Shown one piece after another: positions 25,011 through 31,180 of a stretch of DNA of 31,180 bases. Made by a program: the position numbers and the translations under genes. Position 1 is the first letter of the stretch; every line of letters starts with the position of its first letter. This DNA is from a virus: positions 1 to 31,180 of the IMG/VR virus record IMGVR_UViG_3300045971_000277, one strand, 5' to 3'. The notes beneath the pieces were generated by a model. It worked only from the letters and a program-made list of their open reading frames with translations, had not been told where the DNA came from and made no database searches.

Positions 25011-28000
25011 TGAGTTTCGTCAGGTACGCTAAGATACAAGTACTAGCCTCATGGGAAGTCGATCAAGACGGCCATAGCAGAATCGCGCACGCGAATGTAA
25101 CGGCAGCGGAAGCCCCGCTGCCGTCGTTCTATGCGAATCCTGGCAACCCCGGTACGTTGGATGTCAAAGAAGCCCTAGCGAAGGTTTCGAAGCAATATGA
25201 TATCAGTGCTGACCCGCGTGAATACATTTTTGAAGCGGTACGAGCCGTCACCGCAGGCGTATCTAATGAGAATGGCGACGCTTTTCATCGTGACGAACTT
25301 CTTCGTTTCGATCATCGCCTTGGCTGCGCAGTTTATCAGACTTTTATCCTAAAGCCACACCACGTTAATCACCGCGCCGAGAATCCTAAGACGGCCCGTG
25401 GCGTTATCCTAGATTCACACTACAACGACACCGCGCCTGCCTTAGAGATGTGCCCAAAGGAAGGTTGCGGCAATCGTACAGCAGAGCGTGAAGGCCGTGA
25501 CCGTACCGGCATCTACTGTAAGGCTTGCGGCACCACGGTCAAGGATGAATTCGTTGAGGTCCTGTTGGCCGTCAATGCATCGAAGGACCCGTCGTTTGCC
25601 GAAGGCGTGCGGACCGGCGTACTGAATGCGACCTCGATGGGCTGCTTTGTCCCAGGCACTCTTGTTACGATGGCAGATGGCAGCCGTAAGGCCATTGAGG
25701 CTGTTGTGCCGGGCGATTTTGTTATCACCCACACTGGCGCGGTGGCTGAGGTAGATGAAACCTCCGAACACGCTTGTGATGACGACATTGTTAGTATTTC
25801 TGTTGCGGGTGTGCAGGCCGACATCGTAGCCACTAATGACCATCCATTCTGGGTTGTAGATCGCGACACCAACTCTGGCAAGTGGGTGCACGCGTGTGAA
25901 GTTAAGCAGGGTGACTACTTACTTAGCCCGAAGCGCGACACTAAGCCAGTTGAAATAGACATTAAGTTAGCACGCCTAGCAGGGTATTTTGCTGCAGAAG
26001 GTAACTTTATTAGAGCTTACGATGGTCCGCTATCTGGCGAGCGAGTTGGGGTTGAGTTCTCTCTGAATGCGACAGAAACATGCTATTTAGATGAGATCCA
26101 AAAACTATTGATAGATCTTGGCGCCGATCCAAAGCGCTACGTGCGGGCTGACCGTAACATTGGCGTTGTTAAGGCGTATCGTTGCAAGGAGTTAGCTGAT
26201 AAGTTATTGCAACTAGTCGGCGAGCATGCACACAATAAGCATCTGTCCGATGAGATTTACGGTTGGCCTCGCGAAGCCCAGTTAGCATTTGTTGGCGCCA
26301 TCATTAATGGCGATGGTTTTGGCATTCACGAATACGGACATTCATGGACCCAGTTCACGTCTGTGAGCCAAGACCTTTGTGATCAAGTATCTCAGTTATT
26401 GGTTAACCTTAATATCCCACATCGCACTTCTGTTACAGCTAAGCGTTCCGGGTTTGGTTCTGAACGTCCCGTTTATGACCTGCATATAACAGGCGACTAT
26501 CAATTGGAGTTGGCTACTTCTACCGACAAGGTTAAGAAGACCTCTGCCACTGGTAATAAGATGGTTGCCAGTGTTCCATCTGATGCTGGCATTCTTCGTA
26601 AGGTGCGTAAGGTTGAACCAATCCAGTATACCGGAAACGTATATAATTTCGGCGTAAAACACGACGATCACTCTTACGTAGCGGGTGGCATTGCGGTTCA
26701 CAATTGCGTGTGCGACTCCACCACATGCAACGTGTGCGACCACGTCGCCTATAACAAGAGCGAGTTCTGCACTCACATCCGTGCAGGCAACAAGAAGAAG
26801 ACATTCAAGACGGCGGCAGGCGAGCGTGTCGCGTTTGAGTGGTGCAATAACGTCGTGTTTACCGAGCTAAGCCGGGTTGACCAGCCAGCTGACCCGACCG
26901 CACTACAGCAGGAGATTCTCGAGTTCACGGCGAAGATTGAACAAGAATCGACGAAGCCAGAAGCGCTCCGGAATGAGACTGAGCTACTCATCCTGTCGAA
27001 ACGCCTAGCCGACCTCAACGTTAGGGTGGCACAGATGCAGAAAGTGCCTGCCCCGCAACAGACCGACGCTCCCGCGCCGGGTCCAAAAGAGAACGCAGAG
27101 CTACCACAAGATAAACCGGACCAGTCAGCTAAGGTGCCGATACAGGAATTTGCTGACGGTAAAGAAGAGAAAGAGAAGAACGAAGAGGCACCCAGCCTTG
27201 CCGCAGTTGGCATCGATCCGGAGTCGATCGGTGCAGGTCACATCGCCGGACTTTCGGATCAATATTTAGCAGAACTAGACGCAGCAGCCAATCACGTGGC
27301 AACCAAGCCCGAGGGAGTTATAATGTCACAGTTTAAGTTCAAGACAGCATATAAGGATATGCGCCTGCAGGTAACTAAGCAGGGTAACTATCGGGTCTTT
27401 AACGATGCCGGTACCGTTTTCGTCGTCCGTCCGGAGCCGAAGGTGGCGGTGGCGGATCGCAAGGAGTTCGGCATCGGCATCATGCGTGACATTGCTGATA
27501 CCGGCATCGTCGCGACTGCCAAGAAGTACAGCGTGGCCTTCGGCCCGCGTACTGCTAGCGTCCTAGAGCATCACCTCGAGGATTTCGAGAAGGGCCGCGA
27601 CGAGGGCGACACCAAGCCTGCTACGGCTGACGGCATGCGTGATCACGCCGACAGCGAGCACGGCACGCCTAAGAAGAAGATGACGGAAGGCGTTGAGCGC
27701 GACCACGCTGAAAGCGAGCACGGCAAGCCGAAGCAGACCGTGACGGAAGACCACGTTGAGGATATCGAGGATGGCCGCAAAGAGGCCCCGGATACCGCCG
27801 TGGGTGAAGAGAACACGGTCAACAAGGACAAGCACCCGAAGAAGACAGTCAAGGACAACGTGCTGGACGACGCTGTCGTGGACCATGCTGAGGGCAAGAA
27901 CAAGAAGAAGGCTCAGGCGGATGAGAAGTCCAAGCCGTCCAAGTCTACGTCCAAGCCGTCTACGTCCAAGCCGTCTACGTCCAAGCCGTCGAAGAAGGAT

Positions 28001-29374
28001 GAGGCATCTAAGCCAGCCAGCAAGGGTGCGGCTCCCAAGGAGTCTGCCCCGCCTGCGGCCAATGAGCCGTTCGGCGGCGCGACTGACATCAGCGACGACG
28101 AGCTTGACTCGGCCTTCGACTCGGCCACCACGTCGCCGGGCGAGCAGGAAGGCACTGCGACCGCAATCCGCCTCTGGACCGCTAACAAGACCGTCATTGC
28201 CGACCTTGGCAAGCAGATCGAGTCGCTCAAGGCTGTCAACACTGGTCTGATGGTAGACCAGATTGCACCAGTTCTACGTGATATCGCGTCTAAGTCGATG
28301 GAAGTTGATGGCGTCGTGCACAAGCTGTCTGAGTGGACTCAGGGCTCGACTTCGTACGGCAAGGTGTTTGAGCAGCTAAACGCCCAGCTGTCCACCGAGC
28401 TACAGGCCGTTGCGGCTGCGCTGAAGGAGCAGAACACCACGCAGGTAGTCCGCCAGGAACTGAAGCCGGGTAAGCTGGCACAGCTTGAGGGTCGTAAGCT
28501 TGAGGTGGCTCTCGCGGCTGTCTCGGCTACCCTCGATAAGATGCTACAGATGGGCCAGGGCCAGGGTGACGTTGGTATGCCGCTGGCGGCCAAGAAGGAT
28601 GGCAAGCCGTGGTACGAGAAGTTCAACAAGAATGAATCTGGCAGCAAGTCGGCTAGCAAGTCCAAGTCCGCTAGCAAGGGGGCCTCAGTGGAAAAGACCG
28701 CGATGGATAAGGAATGCAGCCGTCACGGTAAGGCTTGCTCGTCTAAGGGTGCGAAGACCGCCGGGATGGAAGTCACGGCGGCCAGCAAGAAGTACGAGTC
28801 CCGTCTAGACCGCGTCTACAAGCGTCGGTTTGCGCAGCTTGAGTCGGAGAAGAACAAGAAGGTGGCGGAGGTTGAGGTTGATGTGGCTGGCAAGTTTAAG
28901 CGTGCGCTTAAGCTGGTCGCGTCCCGTCAGCGTCTAAATCTCGAGACCTCACCGATCAAGGCGGCGTTCGCTGACACCCTACTGACTCCAATGGACTTGG
29001 GCGGTGACGATTACTACCCCGGCATGGACGAGCAGCTTGCAGTGTCGCTGATCGAGCGCGCAGCAGCTGAGGGTCTCGAAGAGTTCGTCGAGAAGACCAT
29101 CGAGCGTGCTGCCGAAGTCATGAAGCTGTCCGAGGACGCGTTCAACGCACTGGAGGCCGATATCAAGAATCTACAGACGATGGCTCCTCCGGTGTCGCGT
29201 AAGGCTGCAACTGGCCACGATGGCAGCAACGTGCGTCGTGCCGCTGCTCAGGGTAATCTTCAGATTGCACCGTCATCCGTAGAAACCGCACCGACCGCTG
29301 ATGGTCGGCACAATCGCACAGAGCTTCGTACCGCATTAAATAACACCAAGATCAACCGCCAACGGGGTATATAG
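25010..29374 (+). CDS. prohead maturation protease fused to a long scaffold-like region (intein-containing; ~1100 aa after splicing)
   Basis: NENGDAF, HVNH..ARGVILDS, TSMG|C putative catalytic Ser, CNVC..FCTH and FTELSRV..PADPTA motifs; coiled-coil C-terminus; lies between portal and capsid genes. Confidence 0.88.
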   Translation: MSFVRYAKIQVLASWEVDQDGHSRIAHANVTAAEAPLPSFYANPGNPGTLDVKEALAKVSKQYDISADPREYIFEAVRAVTAGVSNENGDAFHRDELLRFDHRLGCAVYQTFILKPHHVNHRAENPKTARGVILDSHYNDTAPALEMCPKEGCGNRTAEREGRDRTGIYCKACGTTVKDEFVEVLLAVNASKDPSFAEGVRTGVLNATSMGCFVPGTLVTMADGSRKAIEAVVPGDFVITHTGAVAEVDETSEHACDDDIVSISVAGVQADIVATNDHPFWVVDRDTNSGKWVHACEVKQGDYLLSPKRDTKPVEIDIKLARLAGYFAAEGNFIRAYDGPLSGERVGVEFSLNATETCYLDEIQKLLIDLGADPKRYVRADRNIGVVKAYRCKELADKLLQLVGEHAHNKHLSDEIYGWPREAQLAFVGAIINGDGFGIHEYGHSWTQFTSVSQDLCDQVSQLLVNLNIPHRTSVTAKRSGFGSERPVYDLHITGDYQLELATSTDKVKKTSATGNKMVASVPSDAGILRKVRKVEPIQYTGNVYNFGVKHDDHSYVAGGIAVHNCVCDSTTCNVCDHVAYNKSEFCTHIRAGNKKKTFKTAAGERVAFEWCNNVVFTELSRVDQPADPTALQQEILEFTAKIEQESTKPEALRNETELLILSKRLADLNVRVAQMQKVPAPQQTDAPAPGPKENAELPQDKPDQSAKVPIQEFADGKEEKEKNEEAPSLAAVGIDPESIGAGHIAGLSDQYLAELDAAANHVATKPEGVIMSQFKFKTAYKDMRLQVTKQGNYRVFNDAGTVFVVRPEPKVAVADRKEFGIGIMRDIADTGIVATAKKYSVAFGPRTASVLEHHLEDFEKGRDEGDTKPATADGMRDHADSEHGTPKKKMTEGVERDHAESEHGKPKQTVTEDHVEDIEDGRKEAPDTAVGEENTVNKDKHPKKTVKDNVLDDAVVDHAEGKNKKKAQADEKSKPSKSTSKPSTSKPSTSKPSKKDEASKPASKGAAPKESAPPAANEPFGGATDISDDELDSAFDSATTSPGEQEGTATAIRLWTANKTVIADLGKQIESLKAVNTGLMVDQIAPVLRDIASKSMEVDGVVHKLSEWTQGSTSYGKVFEQLNAQLSTELQAVAAALKEQNTTQVVRQELKPGKLAQLEGRKLEVALAAVSATLDKMLQMGQGQGDVGMPLAAKKDGKPWYEKFNKNESGSKSASKSKSASKGASVEKTAMDKECSRHGKACSSKGAKTAGMEVTAASKKYESRLDRVYKRRFAQLESEKNKKVAEVEVDVAGKFKRALKLVASRQRLNLETSPIKAAFADTLLTPMDLGGDDYYPGMDEQLAVSLIERAAAEGLEEFVEKTIERAAEVMKLSEDAFNALEADIKNLQTMAPPVSRKAATGHDGSNVRRAAAQGNLQIAPSSVETAPTADGRHNRTELRTALNNTKINRQRGI
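25643..26704 (+). mobile_element. intein with LAGLIDADG homing endonuclease (354 aa) in prohead protease
   Basis: SMG|CFVPGT, TNDHPF block B, LAGYFAAEG and VGAIINGDG, VYNFGV..HSY, VHN|C canonical end. Confidence 0.95.
27557..27900 (+). repeat. degenerate ~60-nt (20-aa) His/Asp-rich tandem repeats
   Basis: RDHADSEHGTPK and RDHAESEHGKPK exactly 60 nt apart (27641, 27701), with more divergent units on both sides. Confidence 0.7.
27944..27988 (+). repeat. 15-nt tandem repeat x3 (STSKP)
   Basis: Three perfect copies of TCTACGTCCAAGCCG. Confidence 0.9.
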
Positions 29375-29390
29375 CCAGCGATTTGCTGGT
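29374..29390 (+). terminator. short hairpin after the protease stop (weak terminator or processing stem)
   Basis: GCCAGC-GATTT-GCTGGT; lacks a good U-tract. Confidence 0.25.
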
Positions 29391-29443
29391 AATCATTATC
29401 TAGCTACGAGGATGTTCCTCAAAGCTTTCAATAGGAGTCACAC

Positions 29444-30202
29444 ATGGGATCATTAACAGGCAACCCAGCGTACCTTGGTTCGTTCCAGAACCAGATCTAC
29501 CCGAACGGGCTTGATCTAGGCCGCTGCGTTATTCATCAGGATCTCGGGGTATTCTATGCCGCCCCGGGCACCACTTTCCGTCAGGGTCAGTTCGTCAAGA
29601 TGACCTCCACTGGCATTCAGGTTTGCTCTGCTAAGGCTGACGTCTACCTTGGCCTAGCTAAGTGGACTAAGGCTGACAATTACTACGCGGTTGCTGTTGA
29701 CGAGCCCGTAACGCTCGTTGGCACCACCGTGATGAGCCTCAAGCACGCCAACCTCGTCGCCAGCACCATTCAGGTTCGTTCGGTGACTGGTATGACCGGC
29801 GGCACTGCTTACACAGGCGGCGGCACTGACTACACCGTGAACACCACCAACGGCACTTTGGTTCGTGTCGGTGGCGGCGCAATTGCCGATGGTCAGACCG
29901 TGTTCGCTAGCTACACTTGGACTCTGTCGGCTTCCGACCTAGACTTCCAGGGCCGCAACTTCTGGAACTTCACTGATGACGTCTCAGTTCAGGATAACCG
30001 CGTTACCATTATCACTGACTGGTCCGTGATCTTCACGACTCAGTACGACTCCTCGCAGGCTTACGCGGTGGGTGGTGCAATCTACATGGATGCCAGCGGT
30101 CGTCTATCTTCGGATAGCTCTGCCAGCGCTCAGGTCGTAGGGTCGATCATTCAGGTTCCGTCGGCTACTGACCCGTTCCTTGGCGTTGTCTTCAAGGGCT
30201 AA
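29444..30202 (+). CDS. capsid decoration/cement protein with an inserted beta-sandwich domain
   Basis: RBS AGGAG; directly upstream of the capsid gene; beta-tulip-like C-terminus (TTQYD..YAVG..G.L..VVG..QVPS..PFLG); insert DYTVNTTNGTLVRVGGGAIADGQTVFASY; strongly biased codons. Confidence 0.75.
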   Translation: MGSLTGNPAYLGSFQNQIYPNGLDLGRCVIHQDLGVFYAAPGTTFRQGQFVKMTSTGIQVCSAKADVYLGLAKWTKADNYYAVAVDEPVTLVGTTVMSLKHANLVASTIQVRSVTGMTGGTAYTGGGTDYTVNTTNGTLVRVGGGAIADGQTVFASYTWTLSASDLDFQGRNFWNFTDDVSVQDNRVTIITDWSVIFTTQYDSSQAYAVGGAIYMDASGRLSSDSSASAQVVGSIIQVPSATDPFLGVVFKG

Positions 30203-30224
30203 TAAGGATTAAGGAGATATAACC

Positions 30225-31180
30225 ATGGCACAGGTACATAACCCATACCGTCAGATCAAGCGCACAGCGTCAGCTGCCGCTCCTGCGGTTGCGCCCGTAA
30301 AGGCGCCAGTCAAGACCCGTTTAGCCAGCAAGGCCGATGAAAGCAATTTCGACGCCACTGGCACTTTCAACCCGCAGGCTTACGGCGGGTTCCGCGAGGA
30401 CATTCAGAGCGCAATTGGCAACAAGCGCGCTAAGATGTTCGATGGCAGCGGCGAACTGAACGCGTACGATAATAAGGACGCGCTGCAACAGATCGCTTAC
30501 CTGCTTAACAACGTCACCAAGAAGGCCTCCCCCGGTACGTTCTACCGTGAGGCTTCCAACATGAAGTCGGATGACCGCCGCAAGGTTCTAGCGGCTGCTC
30601 TAGCTGATCCGACCGGTGAAGGCTTTGCTATCGTTGGCCAGGAGCTTCTGCTCCCGATCAAGGATATCATCGACTACGAGGGCTGGGCACGCAAGATCTT
30701 CCGCGTCCGTCCGCTCGCGCAGGGTGAGTTGTTCCGCATCGCCAAGGACGTTCGTGCGACTGCCTGGACCGTTGGTCAGGATGGTCAATCGATCGAGTCC
30801 CGCGTGTACGGTAAGTACATCACCCCGTCTGAGTTCAAGGTTACCTCGTTCCCCACCGTTGACATCGAAGACATCTATCAGATGAACTTCGACGTCCTCG
30901 ATCGCGCTCAGGACACTGCGCGTCAGGAGATCGAGCTTGAAGAGGATAAGCGCGCTCTTGCCATCATCGACCGCGCCAGCGTCACCGTCAACAGCCCCAC
31001 CATCTTCTCGACTCTCGGCGTGGCTGCTTTCGAAGACATCCGCTATCAGGTTGAGCGCCACCGTCTCGTGGTTGCCAAGTTCCTCATCAACCGTCGCGAG
31101 CTTTCCGACCTCATCAAGACCGCCATCGGTCAGGGTGCAGGTGGGCAGCACGTTGACCCGGTGACCGAGCGCGAGCTAAT
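30225..31180 (+). CDS. major capsid protein (HK97 fold), 3'-truncated by the window
   Basis: RBS AAGGAG; open to the window end: MAQVHNPYRQIKRTAS...PIKDIIDYEGWARKIF...EFKVTSFPTVDIEDI...DVLDRAQDTARQEIELEEDKR; strong codon bias; position after the decoration gene. Confidence 0.9.
   Translation, partial: MAQVHNPYRQIKRTASAAAPAVAPVKAPVKTRLASKADESNFDATGTFNPQAYGGFREDIQSAIGNKRAKMFDGSGELNAYDNKDALQQIAYLLNNVTKKASPGTFYREASNMKSDDRRKVLAAALADPTGEGFAIVGQELLLPIKDIIDYEGWARKIFRVRPLAQGELFRIAKDVRATAWTVGQDGQSIESRVYGKYITPSEFKVTSFPTVDIEDIYQMNFDVLDRAQDTARQEIELEEDKRALAIIDRASVTVNSPTIFSTLGVAAFEDIRYQVERHRLVVAKFLINRRELSDLIKTAIGQGAGGQHVDPVTEREL

Noticed and set aside
4493-29374. Frequent TAG stops suggesting stop-codon reassignment
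   Set aside because: Genes are long and intact in code 11, and the TAG stops are followed by new RBS/starts; there is no fragmentation.
30211-30229. AAGGAGATATAACCATGG resembles the T7 gene 10/pET leader
   Set aside because: Not identical, and seamlessly flanked by phage genes; best read as a convergently strong RBS, not vector contamination.
30600-31151. 183-aa minus-strand ORF and the many other antisense ORFs in the track
   Set aside because: Shadows of GC-rich, codon-biased plus-strand genes; no RBS or motifs.
1-31180. CRISPR array, tRNA, rRNA, integrase or reverse-transcriptase/DGR elements
   Set aside because: No regularly spaced repeat-spacer array, cloverleaf or enzyme motifs were seen; the direct repeats found are all in-frame coding repeats.

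Overview
Head-morphogenesis region of a large tailed dsDNA phage (GC-rich, genetic code 11, essentially all genes on the + strand). Order: HNH endonuclease, a small host-like membrane protein behind two tandem sigma54-consensus promoters, several very large low-complexity or modular proteins, a possible small terminase, a DUF192 fusion and an Sm-like protein. Then come the large terminase, a ParB-like/HAD/2H-phosphoesterase (Acb1-like) multi-enzyme protein, a portal with a 400-aa LAGLIDADG intein, a prohead protease/scaffold with a 354-aa LAGLIDADG intein beside the putative catalytic Ser, a capsid decoration protein and the major capsid protein (runs off the end; absent from the ORF track). 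The most striking signal is a recurring [K/R/H]-x-A|Q (often A|QM, also [K/R]-x-A|S) motif at domain boundaries across the putative head proteins but not in linker context in the terminase or HNH. In one gene this motif is encoded by direct repeats that flank AT-rich in-frame cassettes. This suggests protease-processed virion cargo polyproteins built from swappable modules, including a likely anti-defence enzyme set. Two small ORFs missed by the ORF track, a probable dual-coding segment and an RBS-sequestering hairpin were also found. All family assignments come from motif recognition by eye, not from database searches.
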